Positions 40,643-50,740 of a stretch of 64,000 nucleotides of DNA are shown in pieces. Source of the DNA: an uncultured bacterium (GTDB taxonomy: Bacteria; Acidobacteriota; HRBIN11; JAKEFK01); assembly GCA_963777505.1 (NCBI GenBank), contig CAVZQN010000004.1:128001-192000 (forward strand), read 5' to 3'. Positions within the stretch are counted from its first letter, which is position 1. Each line of letters opens with the position of its first letter. The notes beneath the pieces were generated by a model. It made no database searches. It had not been told where the DNA came from and worked only from the letters and a program-made list of their open reading frames with translations. Both the position numbers and the translations under genes were made by a program.

Positions 40643-43600
40643 TCACAGAAAGGAAGCGTATTCGCGCTTTAGGTTTTGGTTCATCTCAAGTGCTTTTTGA
40701 ATCGATTCGCGTGAAGCCGTCTGTGAATCTTTGTTTGTTTCTTTTTTGTGCCGGTACAATACGCCACGGATCGCATATCCTTCTGCGAGTGCGGGATTAA
40801 TCGATAAAGCCGTTTGAATTGACTTGAAACCTTCATCGAGAAGCGAATCAACCTTAGCTCCGTTTGAAACGCTTGCTTCCCAGCTGCAAAGTTCAGCGAG
40901 ACCCAAATACGTATATGGATTGTTGGGATTCAGTTTGATGGAAGTTTCAAATGCGTTACGTGCTTTTTGAAATTCGACTTTTGCAGATTTATTTCTTCGA
41001 ATTAGGTCACGGCCTTCAAGTGTAAATAATTCGCCTAATCTCTGATGGTAGTAGTTGTCAGGCGCTTCTAATTCTGCAGCTTTCTTCATTGCAGCTTTAG
41101 CTTCCGTAAGAGATAAGGATGCTTTTTCTGTTCCCCAATGAATTTCTGCAGAGAGCATGTGGGTAAGAGCCATGTCGATTTGATATCCAGGATCATCCTT
41201 TTTGATTCGGAATCCTTCATTTAATTGTTTCAAGGATTCATCTATGTAGGATGTCTTTGATTGACCTTTTGAAAATTCATATCTTGCAAGAATTCGGTAT
41301 ACCTCGGCAAGATTTGATCGAGGTGTGGCATATTCTGGATTGATCTGGATTGACTTGTTCAGAACCGCTGTCGCATTTTGCGAAGCAGCGCGAGGATCGC
41401 CGCCGCTTCGGAGTTCTTCGTTCGCTTGAATCTTGTAAGAATTTCCGAGATTGTTGTAGGCATAGGCGTCATCAGGTTTCAATTCGATTGCCTTTTTGTA
41501 ATTGTGAATGGCGAGATTCAAGTGTTCACGAAAATTAAGGCCGCGACCTATTTCGTATTGTGCAAGGTCTTTGTAGGTAACACCTAGATTGCTGTAAATG
41601 TATGCGAATTTAGGATTGATTTTGATGCCTCTTTCAAAAACTTTTATCGCTTCGTTGTAATCCGTTCGGGGATCATTACCTGATTTCCGTTTGTAGTCAC
41701 CCGAAATTGCATGCGTATTTCCAAGGCTGTTGTAGACTGCGAAGTCTTCAGAATTTATTTTTAAGGCAGTGGAATAGCTATCAATTGCGAGATTTAAGGC
41801 TGGTACCGGATCTTCATTTCGAAACTCTAAACGGTTTCCCATCAATTGATAGGCGGTTCCGAGATTTTTGTATGCAAGTGCATCTAAAGGATCCAATTTG
41901 GCGGCAGTCTGTGCCAAAGAAACTGCATCATTCAGAGCTGGTGTTGGATCCTGCCCATGCTGCCGCTGATATTCGGCCCAAAGCCAATGAGCATTTGACA
42001 GTCGAGTGTAAAGACTTGCACGTTCAGGGTCCGCTTTTAAGGCTTGTCCACATGAAATTTTTGCTTTGTCGAGACTTCCTTGCAGATTTTCACCCGAGGA
42101 ATAAATGTGCGTATACATGACATTCGTCCACAAGCTGCACAAGCCAGTATAGGCTTCTACATCGCTTTCACCGATTTTGGACGCTTCCAGAAATGCGGCC
42201 TCTACTTTTTTGTAGGCATCCATTGCGCCGGAAGCATTTCCTGATCCTCGCCGATCATTTCCAATCGACATGTAAATATCACCTTCAAGAAGTTTTGCTT
42301 CATAAAGCCATGGAATCTTTTTTAATGCTGCAGCAGATTTCGCGAGAGCTTGATCAAAGCGCTTTTCATAAAAATCGATTAATCCTTCAGCATATTCTGG
42401 TGCAGCTGTTTGAGCTGCATTGCTCAAGCGCAAATAACTAACAGCAGGGATTCTGTATTTCTTTTCTATTTCTTTCCGCCGTGCCTCGCGTACTTCCTTA
42501 TTACGGATCGTTTCCACGTTATCAAGTTCTTTCTGATACAACTTTCCATACGACAATCCAAGCGCATAAGCAACTTCGGGCTCACGGTAATTTGCGTCCC
42601 ATGATTTTGTAAGGTATTTGGAAGCAAGAACAGGATCATTCAGCGATAGGTAACCGCGCCCTATCGCATAGTTGCCGGGTCCCTGAGCTGCCGTACCTAG
42701 CTTTTTCATTTGTGATTGAATTTCGCGAATATTTGAACGGATCAATTCTTTTTCACGCCTCGTGTCGTGCAGTGGAATTGTGTGACCGATCCGCATGATT
42801 GCATCCATTCGTTCGACTTGTTGACCGAAGCGTTGCGCAAGCAGTTGCTGTTGCCTTGCATGCAGCTGCATCCGAATTCCATGACCACCCAACATCAACA
42901 CCGCGATCACAGCGAGCGAACTAACCGCAACAAGCGTTCGATGCTTTTTTACTTTTTTCGAAATTCGATATGCAATGCTGGCCTTTCGAGCGACAACGGC
43001 TTCACCATTCAAATAATGCTGTAAATCATCACCTAGAGCCCGCGCGGATTCATATCTACGTTCCGGCTCTTTCTCTAAACACTTCATTACAATTGTTTCA
43101 AGGTCAGCCGGAATGTTTTGCATAACTTTGCGAATGGTTTGCGGCTCTTCTTCAAGAAGTTTCCGCAAAATTTCCATTGTGCTGTTGGCCGCGAACGGTG
43201 GAGTGCCGGAAAGCAACTCATACAGGGTTGCGCCGAAACTATAAATGTCTACACGCCTATCAAGCTTTTGTACTTCACCCCATGCTTGTTCAGGCGCCAT
43301 ATAACCAGGAGTTCCAACGATTGCTGTGCCCGTTAAAGTGAAAGCGTCGGATTGGATTTCTCGTACTAACCCAAAATCCAGGATGTACGGACGAAAACTT
43401 CCATCGTCTCTACGTTCCACCATGATATTTCCAGGTTTGATATCGCGGTGAATTAAGCCAAGACGATGTGCTGCGTGCAAACCTTCAGCAGCATCCTTCA
43501 TCAGTTTCACTTTTTGATCCATCGTCATTTCTGACGAAATTTGGCTGAGTGTTTTGCCATCAATGAATTGCATCGCAATATACTGGCGGCCTTCGACTTC

Positions 43601-43915
43601 GCCGGCTTCAAATACATTGCATACATTTTCGTGCTCTACGCTGGCTTGAGCACGAGCTTCGCGAAGAAAACGCTGAACCAGTCCTGGATCATCACTGCGC
43701 AAGAACTTTAATGCAACAATACGCCCCAAACGTGTGTCCTGCGCTTTATAGACACGTCCCATTCCTCCTTCACCGATATAAGAAAGGAATTGATATCTAT
43801 CCCAGGATTTGACGGGAAAACTTGAATCTTGATTGTTCTGACTGGAGGTTGAGTTGGACGCCCGTGTTTCTCGATTATAAACATCGGGCGAAATGTTCCC
43901 CTTACCCTCACTCAT
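40643..43915 (-). CDS. Hanks-type Ser/Thr kinase with a long TPR array
   Basis: IGEGGMGRV, VALK, HRDIKPGN, DFG, GTPGYMAPEQ; hydrophobic segment; many TPRs (AYNNLG, YSNLG). Confidence 0.94.
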   Translation of the reverse strand: MSEGKGNISPDVYNRETRASNSTSSQNNQDSSFPVKSWDRYQFLSYIGEGGMGRVYKAQDTRLGRIVALKFLRSDDPGLVQRFLREARAQASVEHENVCNVFEAGEVEGRQYIAMQFIDGKTLSQISSEMTMDQKVKLMKDAAEGLHAAHRLGLIHRDIKPGNIMVERRDDGSFRPYILDFGLVREIQSDAFTLTGTAIVGTPGYMAPEQAWGEVQKLDRRVDIYSFGATLYELLSGTPPFAANSTMEILRKLLEEEPQTIRKVMQNIPADLETIVMKCLEKEPERRYESARALGDDLQHYLNGEAVVARKASIAYRISKKVKKHRTLVAVSSLAVIAVLMLGGHGIRMQLHARQQQLLAQRFGQQVERMDAIMRIGHTIPLHDTRREKELIRSNIREIQSQMKKLGTAAQGPGNYAIGRGYLSLNDPVLASKYLTKSWDANYREPEVAYALGLSYGKLYQKELDNVETIRNKEVREARRKEIEKKYRIPAVSYLRLSNAAQTAAPEYAEGLIDFYEKRFDQALAKSAAALKKIPWLYEAKLLEGDIYMSIGNDRRGSGNASGAMDAYKKVEAAFLEASKIGESDVEAYTGLCSLWTNVMYTHIYSSGENLQGSLDKAKISCGQALKADPERASLYTRLSNAHWLWAEYQRQHGQDPTPALNDAVSLAQTAAKLDPLDALAYKNLGTAYQLMGNRLEFRNEDPVPALNLAIDSYSTALKINSEDFAVYNSLGNTHAISGDYKRKSGNDPRTDYNEAIKVFERGIKINPKFAYIYSNLGVTYKDLAQYEIGRGLNFREHLNLAIHNYKKAIELKPDDAYAYNNLGNSYKIQANEELRSGGDPRAASQNATAVLNKSIQINPEYATPRSNLAEVYRILARYEFSKGQSKTSYIDESLKQLNEGFRIKKDDPGYQIDMALTHMLSAEIHWGTEKASLSLTEAKAAMKKAAELEAPDNYYHQRLGELFTLEGRDLIRRNKSAKVEFQKARNAFETSIKLNPNNPYTYLGLAELCSWEASVSNGAKVDSLLDEGFKSIQTALSINPALAEGYAIRGVLYRHKKETNKDSQTASRESIQKALEMNQNLKREYASFL

Positions 43916-43967
43916 GCTAAAGATACCCCCTCACATTTCACCATAAATGAGCAAACTTCTCAAATGC

Positions 43968-44040
43968 GTAGGGGCGGGTCTAAGACCCGCCCGCGTTACA
44001 AGTGGCGATTACGACGGTCGGGACTTAGACCCGTCCCTAC
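43968..44040. repeat. REP doublet (REPIN-like): two inverted GTAG-REPs
   Basis: GTAGGGGCGGGTCTAAGACCCGCCC (43968-43992) and an inverted degenerate copy ending CCCTAC (44016-44040). Confidence 0.85.
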
Positions 44041-44061
44041 AACGGTGGTAAACTTCAACGC

Positions 44062-46149
44062 ATGCCGAGGCAGCACAGAACGCAGCCGGGAGATCCATCA
44101 CCATTAGGCGCGACGGTGATGGAAGGTGGAGTAAACTTTTCGCTTTTTTCGCAGCGTGCTGTTTCTGTCGACTTGCTGCTTTTCGAAGATTTTGACGATC
44201 CGGAACCATATCAAATCGTCACGTTTCATCCTTTTCACAACAAGACCTTTTTTTACTGGCACATATTTGTTGAAGAAATGTTCGCTGGCCAACTCTATGC
44301 TTTCCGTGTGGATGGACCTTTTGATCCGTTCGAAGGACATCGCTTCAATCGAAATAAGATTTTAGTCGAACCTTATTCAAAAGGTGTTGTCTATGGCGGT
44401 AATTGGTCGCGGCAGGATGCAACCCATGCGTACCCCAACACACAATCTGCAATGAAAAGTCTTGTTATCGATTCATCACTCTACGATTGGGAAGGCGTTG
44501 TTTCCCCGAATATTCCGATGAATGAAACGGTTCTCTATGAAATGCACGTTCGTGGTTTTACGCACCATCCTTCATCCGGTGTGAAACATCCAGGCACGTT
44601 CGATGGCCTGGTTGAGAAGATTCCATATTTGAAAGAACTCGGCGTAACGACTGTGGAGTTACTTCCGGTTCATGAGTTTGATGCTACTGAATGGAATTTT
44701 AAGAATCCAGAAACTGGAAAGCCGAATACAAATTACTGGGGTTACAACACGATTTGTTTTTTTTCGCCTCATCGTCCGTATTACACGGAAGACTGGGAGA
44801 ACATGTCATACACAACAGGTTTTAGAGACATGGTAAAGGCTTTTCATCGAGCCGGACTGGAAGTAGTTCTGGATGTAGTCTTCAACCATACCTGCGAAGG
44901 AGATGAGCGTGGGCCTACGATGAGCTTTCGCGGTTTGGAAAATTCTGTTTACTACATGCTTGAACGCAATGACAAGCGCAAGTACAGCAATTATTCCGGA
45001 TGCGGAAACACAATGAATTGTAATCATCCGATTGTTCGCCGCATGATCCTTGACTCGCTTCGATACTGGGTTCAGGTCATGCATGTCGATGGTTTCCGTT
45101 TTGATCTTGCTTCCATTCTTTCACGTGATGAGAAAGGTGAACCGATGGAAAATCCGCCATTGCTGTGGGAAATTGAATCGGATCCTGTGCTTCAAAAGAC
45201 GAAAATTATTGCAGAAGCATGGGATGCAGCGGGTCTTTATCAAGTTGGAAATTTTCCCGGTGAACGATGGGCTGAATGGAATGGCCGTTATAGAGATGAT
45301 GTCCGCCGTTTTCTGCGTGGTGATTCCGGGATGGCCGGTGCAACAGCTTCAAGAATCGGCGGCAGTGCGGATCTCTACGAACGTTTGGGAAGGGAACCGT
45401 ATCAAAGCATTAACTACATTACCTGTCATGATGGCTTCACCTTAAACGATTTAGTTTCTTACAACCATAAACATAACCTGGCGAATGGTGAAAATAATCG
45501 TGATGGTTCGAATGACAATTACAGTTTTAACTGGGGAGTCGAAGGGGCGTCACAGGATTCAGAAGTCGAACGGTTGCGCGGAAGACAGATTCGAAATTTC
45601 GCCACAATTTTGCTGCTTTCCCAGGGCACACCGATGTTGCTTGCAGGAGATGAATTTCGGAGAACTCAGAAGGGCAACAATAATGCGTATTGTCAGGATA
45701 ATGACATTAGCTGGATCGATTGGTCTCTTTTGGAACAAGAACGCACGATGTTCCGTTTTTTTCGTGAGATGATCCGGTTCAGATTGTCACATCCAGCTCT
45801 CAAACGCAGTAATTATTTTTGGGGCGAACGAGATGCGCGGGGATGGAGCGAGATTAATTGGCATGGAATAAAAATCGGCAAACCTGATTGGGGTTATGAT
45901 TCACATTCTCTCGCATTCACACTTTCAGGTCTTGGCCGCGATAACGATATTCATACAATGATTAATTCCTGGAGAGAGCCGCTTGAATTTGAACTGCCAG
46001 TACTCTCACCAGGGCAAAATTGGCACAGATCGATTGATACTTTTCTTGCTTCGCCTGAGGAGATTGCAGAACCAAATCATGAGGTGCGCATTACCTCGCA
46101 GAGCTACAAAGTTTATCCGTATTCCATTGTCGTACTCATTTCTAAGTGA
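44062..46149 (+). CDS. glgX: Glycogen debranching enzyme (GH13 isoamylase-type)
   Basis: PLGAT..GVNFSLFS, YEMHVRGFT, NYWGYN, DVVFNHT, VDGFRFDLA, IAEAWD, TCHDGFTL, NNAYCQDN. Confidence 0.96.
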   Translation: MPRQHRTQPGDPSPLGATVMEGGVNFSLFSQRAVSVDLLLFEDFDDPEPYQIVTFHPFHNKTFFYWHIFVEEMFAGQLYAFRVDGPFDPFEGHRFNRNKILVEPYSKGVVYGGNWSRQDATHAYPNTQSAMKSLVIDSSLYDWEGVVSPNIPMNETVLYEMHVRGFTHHPSSGVKHPGTFDGLVEKIPYLKELGVTTVELLPVHEFDATEWNFKNPETGKPNTNYWGYNTICFFSPHRPYYTEDWENMSYTTGFRDMVKAFHRAGLEVVLDVVFNHTCEGDERGPTMSFRGLENSVYYMLERNDKRKYSNYSGCGNTMNCNHPIVRRMILDSLRYWVQVMHVDGFRFDLASILSRDEKGEPMENPPLLWEIESDPVLQKTKIIAEAWDAAGLYQVGNFPGERWAEWNGRYRDDVRRFLRGDSGMAGATASRIGGSADLYERLGREPYQSINYITCHDGFTLNDLVSYNHKHNLANGENNRDGSNDNYSFNWGVEGASQDSEVERLRGRQIRNFATILLLSQGTPMLLAGDEFRRTQKGNNNAYCQDNDISWIDWSLLEQERTMFRFFREMIRFRLSHPALKRSNYFWGERDARGWSEINWHGIKIGKPDWGYDSHSLAFTLSGLGRDNDIHTMINSWREPLEFELPVLSPGQNWHRSIDTFLASPEEIAEPNHEVRITSQSYKVYPYSIVVLISK

Positions 46150-46191
46150 CTTCCGCATTATTGCGGTCTAAATTGTTTACGAGGAGGCATT

Positions 46192-46932
46192 ATGATTCGC
46201 ATATCGATTGCAATTCTTACAATTGTTGTTGTCGCCATTACCGGAGTTGCTGCGCAGCAGGCGCATAACATTATTCATGGACGCAATTCGGATGCCCCTC
46301 CAAATGTAAGTTTAACAATTCAGGAACCTGCTGAAGCTCAAGTTGTGACAGGTACCGATGTTACAGTGAAGTTCAAAATTGAAAACTGGCGTCTGTATAA
46401 AGAAGGCGAGCACGGTCAGCACATCCATTTCATTCTGGATAATGAGCCATACGAAGCCCATTACAGCAATGATCCATTTGTTTTTAAAAATGTAAAACCG
46501 GGCCCGCATGTAATTCGAGCATTTCCGAGCCGTCCATGGCATGAATCTGTGAAACAGGAATCAGCATTTGCCATGGTTCAATTTTGGGTCGGAGAAAAGA
46601 CAGGGGAACCTTTAATCGATCCAAAAGCGCCAATGCTTGTTTACAGCAGACCCAAAGGTGAATATTCAATGATCAAACCACCGCATGGCCAACCGCATCC
46701 TGGGATTTTAATTGACTGGTTCGTGAAAAACGTGGATCTCGGAAGTCGAACCGGTTATATGGTCCGAAGTACAATCGATGGAGAATCTCACACATTTAAA
46801 GAGTGGCGTCCACATTATGTTCAAAGGCTGGGTGAAGGTCAGCACACAATTAAACTTGAACTGTTAAAAGATGGACAACCAGTTGAGGGAAACTTTAATT
46901 CAACTCAACGTACAATAACAATTAATCCTTAG
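46192..46932 (+). CDS. Secreted protein with two His-containing beta-sandwich domains
   Basis: Signal peptide; GQHIHFILDNEPY, GPHVIRAFPSRPWHES, YSRPKGEY, GQHTIKLEL; RBS GAGGAGG. Confidence 0.75.
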   Translation: MIRISIAILTIVVVAITGVAAQQAHNIIHGRNSDAPPNVSLTIQEPAEAQVVTGTDVTVKFKIENWRLYKEGEHGQHIHFILDNEPYEAHYSNDPFVFKNVKPGPHVIRAFPSRPWHESVKQESAFAMVQFWVGEKTGEPLIDPKAPMLVYSRPKGEYSMIKPPHGQPHPGILIDWFVKNVDLGSRTGYMVRSTIDGESHTFKEWRPHYVQRLGEGQHTIKLELLKDGQPVEGNFNSTQRTITINP

Positions 46933-47221
46933 CGTCTTCGCGGTTCAATTCCTGTTTGTGCGCAGCAAGAAGGGTTTTTAAAGAGCGGATTTTAATCCGG
47001 CCTTCGGCATATTCAATCAAAAGAGTCCGTTCAAATTCGCTTTTGATTTCAGTGCTTTCCCAAACCTTAATCTTTTCAATCAAACGATCTAATCGCAGCC
47101 GGATTGTTGGATAGCTAATATCGTAATGTTTGGCGATTTCTTTTAAGGAACCAGAGGACAAGAGAAATCTTTTTACGAACTCGACTTCTTCATCGTCCAG
47201 CTTCTCTAACCATTTATTCAT
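46922..47221 (-). CDS. DUF2089 family HTH protein (no N-terminal Zn ribbon)
   Basis: FVKRFLLSSGSLKEIAKHYDISYPTIRLRLDRLI. Confidence 0.85.
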   Translation of the reverse strand: MNKWLEKLDDEEVEFVKRFLLSSGSLKEIAKHYDISYPTIRLRLDRLIEKIKVWESTEIKSEFERTLLIEYAEGRIKIRSLKTLLAAHKQELNREDAKD

Positions 47222-47229
47222 TTTATTAA

Positions 47230-47252
47230 TTTTAACTTTAATAAAGTTAAAA
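47230..47252. promoter_or_regulatory. Perfect AT-rich palindrome, putative operator of the DUF2089 gene
   Basis: TTTTAACTTTA-A-TAAAGTTAAAA, 8 bp upstream of the ATG at 47221. Confidence 0.5.
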
Positions 47253-47287
47253 ATAAAGTCAAATTAAAATTTAACAATGTAATGATG

Positions 47288-47312
47288 GTAGGGGCGGGTC
47301 TAAGACCCGCCC
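47288..47312 (+). repeat. GTAG-type REP palindrome
   Basis: GTAGGGGCGGGTCTAAGACCCGCCC, identical to 43968-43992. Confidence 0.88.
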
Positions 47313-47326
47313 GAAGCTAAGATTAT

Positions 47327-50053
47327 TTACGGGGCTGAAGAATCGAGTACTTGAACTTCGCCTAGATTGAGTTCTTTGATTTCCGATTCAATCTTTTTGC
47401 GATCACCGACTACTACGATCAACATGCCATCTTGTTTAATGTGTTCTTTCGCAGCATTAGTCGCTGAATCGGGGGTTACAGCCGCAATTTTTGAAAGATA
47501 GCGGCTCCATTCATCATCTGGCAAATTGTACAGATAGATATTGGAAAGCTGGGTTGCGATTCCAGAAAGAGTCTGGAAATTCTGCGGATATCGTTTTGTG
47601 ATATTACTCTTGCTGTCTTCGATCTCTTGCGGTGTCAATGGGCGTGTCGTTGAAATTTCTCGAACCTCTTTTAGCAATTCAATGATTGATTCTTTGGTGC
47701 TTTGTGTTTGAACGGGAGCCGATGCATAAAAGGGTCCGAATGATCGAAGCGGTAAAAAGCTTGAACTCGCGCCGTACGAAATACCTTTGTTCTCGCGCAG
47801 GTTCATGTTGATCCGGCTCGTAAATTTTCCACCCAGAGCATTGTTCACCAGCATAAGAGTCTCAAAATCCGGATCATCACGTCTGATGAATACTTGACCT
47901 ACCACGACCATACTTTGCGGCGCTTCTGGTTTGTCTACGATATAGACTTGCGTGTTTGCAATTCTGGGAGGTTCCGGAATTGATTGATTCTTAATATTTC
48001 CTTGTTTCCAGGAACCAAAAGTCTTTTCAAGTTTTGCTACTGCCTCATCCAACGTCAAATCGCCTGCGATCACAATCGCAGAATTATTTGGAAAATAGTT
48101 GCTTCGGTAGTAGTTCACCAAATCATCGCGTTTGATTTCCTTGATAGAAGCTCCGGTACCTGTGCCGGTGAAAGGTTGTCCGTACGGATGCTCTTTGCCG
48201 TACAGAGTGCGCATGAATGTAATTAATGCCGATGTTCCTGGCTGTTTTGATTCTTGCGCAATCCTACCTAAATATATTTTCCTCTGGCGTTCCAATTCTG
48301 TTTCTGGAAAAGTGGGATTCAACACAATATCCGACATCAATGCCAATCCTTGATCCAGATTCCGTTTCAAGATATTGAGATTGACGCGGGATCCATCAAA
48401 CGTGCTGCTTGTGCTGAGATCTGCTCCAAGATTCTGCACGGCTTCTGAAATTTGTAAGGCATTGCGTGTTGGAGTCCCTTCGTCAAGCAATTCTGCAGTC
48501 AGCGACGCAATTCCGGGACGATTCGCAGGATCATTTCCCCAGCCACTTTTTAAAACGAGGTTGGCTTGTACAAGCGGCAAACCATGATCTTCAACAAGCA
48601 AGAGTTCGATTCCATTTGACAATTTTGAACGTTGAATTTTCGGTGGAGCATAAGTTGGTTCTGAACCGGGTGTTGGTTCAATCGTTCGATCCAGAGCGTC
48701 TTTTGGCGCATCTAATTTTCCTTGCGGAAGTACTTGCAGAATTAATCGTTCATTGAGATTCAATGATTTTTTTGCGTGCTGAAGGATGTCTGATGCGGTT
48801 GTATTACTATACCGATCTAAATCCCATTGAAATTTTCCCGGATCTCCAAGCATTGTATTGTAGGCATTCAGGCGATCCGCTCTTCCGCCAAAACCGCCGA
48901 CTTGTTCAAGACTCCGAACAAAATTCGCTTCAAAATTGTCTTTAGCTGATTTTAGTTCAGCTGTAGTTACACCCCGTTCCAGAATCGTTTGCAATTCAGC
49001 ATCAATGTGTTTTTCGAGTTCTTCTAATGAGACTCCTTCGCGAGCTGTAACAATAATTGTGAATGTACTTCCAAGTTCATTGGAATCCTGAGTAGCATCA
49101 ACATCTTGTGCAAGCTGCTTTTCGTAAACGAGTGATTTATATAAACGGGAACTCTTACCATCGCTAAGAATGTTGGCAAGAAGATCGAACTCAGCATCGC
49201 CCGGTTTGTAATGTGCCGGAGAGTGCCAGCTCATATAGAGACGGGCGAGGTTTACATTATCTTCAACATTCACACGGCGAATTCCATCTAGTCGTGGAAT
49301 CCAGCTTTCTACGCGATCAATCGATGGGCCGGGTGGGAGCGGTCCAAAATATTTTTCAATCCATTGTTTAGCTTGTGCCGGATCAAAATCTCCTGCGACA
49401 CATAAAGAAGCATTGTTGGGCGCGTAGTACATGCGGAAAAACTCGGAAACATCATCAAGCGATGCCGCAGTTAAATCTGCCATACTTCCGATGGGTGTCC
49501 ATGAATATGGATGTCCTTGCGGATACATCAAAGGCGGATAAAGATCGAAGACTTTGTTATAGGGCTCATTTTCAAGTCTCTGCCTGCGTTCGTTTTTAAC
49601 AACATCACGCTGAGTGTCCAGTTTCTTTTTATCCATCGCCGGCAGCAAAAAGCCTAACCGGTCTGCTTCCATCCATAACACTTTTTCAAGATAGTTTGGC
49701 GGAATGTTTTCCCAATAATTTGTTCTATCTTCTGATGTGGAGCCATTCCTCACACCACCAATTTCATCAAACGCAAAGTCTTTGTTTCGATTTTTAGATC
49801 CTTGAAACATCATATGTTCAAACAAATGTGCAAAACCGGTACGACCAGGCTTTTCATTTTTTGAACCAACGTGATACCAAATATTTACGGATACTATCGG
49901 AAGGGAATGATCCTCGTGCAGAATTACCTCGAGGCCGTTCGAGAGGCGATATTTTTCAAACTTCACCTCAGGAAGGGAGGCTGCATGGCTCTGGGTATTA
50001 GCCAGCAGGATTCCTGCAATGACGAGGAACAGTAATGCATTCAACTGCCTCAT
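47327..50053 (-). CDS. M16 (pitrilysin/PqqL-like) zinc peptidase
   Basis: Signal peptide; HLFEH (HxxEH), NGST, VVKNERR; second inactive M16 half with SRINMNLRE..YG. Confidence 0.94.
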   Translation of the reverse strand: MRQLNALLFLVIAGILLANTQSHAASLPEVKFEKYRLSNGLEVILHEDHSLPIVSVNIWYHVGSKNEKPGRTGFAHLFEHMMFQGSKNRNKDFAFDEIGGVRNGSTSEDRTNYWENIPPNYLEKVLWMEADRLGFLLPAMDKKKLDTQRDVVKNERRQRLENEPYNKVFDLYPPLMYPQGHPYSWTPIGSMADLTAASLDDVSEFFRMYYAPNNASLCVAGDFDPAQAKQWIEKYFGPLPPGPSIDRVESWIPRLDGIRRVNVEDNVNLARLYMSWHSPAHYKPGDAEFDLLANILSDGKSSRLYKSLVYEKQLAQDVDATQDSNELGSTFTIIVTAREGVSLEELEKHIDAELQTILERGVTTAELKSAKDNFEANFVRSLEQVGGFGGRADRLNAYNTMLGDPGKFQWDLDRYSNTTASDILQHAKKSLNLNERLILQVLPQGKLDAPKDALDRTIEPTPGSEPTYAPPKIQRSKLSNGIELLLVEDHGLPLVQANLVLKSGWGNDPANRPGIASLTAELLDEGTPTRNALQISEAVQNLGADLSTSSTFDGSRVNLNILKRNLDQGLALMSDIVLNPTFPETELERQRKIYLGRIAQESKQPGTSALITFMRTLYGKEHPYGQPFTGTGTGASIKEIKRDDLVNYYRSNYFPNNSAIVIAGDLTLDEAVAKLEKTFGSWKQGNIKNQSIPEPPRIANTQVYIVDKPEAPQSMVVVGQVFIRRDDPDFETLMLVNNALGGKFTSRINMNLRENKGISYGASSSFLPLRSFGPFYASAPVQTQSTKESIIELLKEVREISTTRPLTPQEIEDSKSNITKRYPQNFQTLSGIATQLSNIYLYNLPDDEWSRYLSKIAAVTPDSATNAAKEHIKQDGMLIVVVGDRKKIESEIKELNLGEVQVLDSSAP

Positions 50054-50215
50054 ACTTTTCTCCTGAATTCAATTGAACTTTATTTTGTTGCCATAAATGA
50101 CGAGACCAACCTAAAAAAGGTTGCGATTTCTGGCTGGATCAATAATGATAACGTTCAGCTCCAAATATTGGTAGAGGCGGCTTTGTCGCCCTCCTGAAAT
50201 TGAGGGGTTTGTCGA

Positions 50216-50737
50216 ATGCCAGGTCCATTTTTAGAAGTTTTGAAAGAAGAGGAGTTTTTCTCAAAAATTCGTGACAGGATTGCCTGCGTAATCTCAAAAA
50301 GAATTCATTCTGAGGATTCCGAAGACGTTATCCAGTCGGCGATGGTTGAAATCCGAAGCCGGATCCAGGAATTCAAGGAAGGATCGGATTTACTCCCTTT
50401 AGTTTGTGAAGTACTGAGAAATTCAATTCGCGAATACTATCAGCAGAAGAAGCGTGAAGAAAAGGTGTTGGAATTTTCGCCGGATGCTATGTACTATTAC
50501 CAACCCGAAATCGGCAGCGAAGGCTGGCAGGAAATTGCAAAAAAGGGGATCACTCAACTGAAAGAAGAACAACCGCAACACGCGGAATTGATGAATGCGA
50601 TTTTGCAGTCATCGAACATCAAAAGCCTTTCCCAAAGAATGAAAGTTGAAAAATTGAATCTCTATCGGATGATGTCACGGTGCAGGATTAGCTTGTTAAA
50701 AATTGTAACTGAGAATTTGAAAATTTCGTTACCTTAA
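50216..50737 (+). CDS. Divergent ECF sigma factor-like protein
   Basis: DSEDVIQ (DAEDxxQ of region 2), region-4-like C-terminus; directly upstream of a zf-HC2 anti-sigma. Confidence 0.6.
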   Translation: MPGPFLEVLKEEEFFSKIRDRIACVISKRIHSEDSEDVIQSAMVEIRSRIQEFKEGSDLLPLVCEVLRNSIREYYQQKKREEKVLEFSPDAMYYYQPEIGSEGWQEIAKKGITQLKEEQPQHAELMNAILQSSNIKSLSQRMKVEKLNLYRMMSRCRISLLKIVTENLKISLP

Positions 50738-50740
50738 AAA

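Noticed and set aside
76-47312. Repeated GGGCGGGTCTAAGACCCGCCC as CRISPR repeats
   Set aside because: Copies are kilobases apart, with no regular spacers and no cas genes
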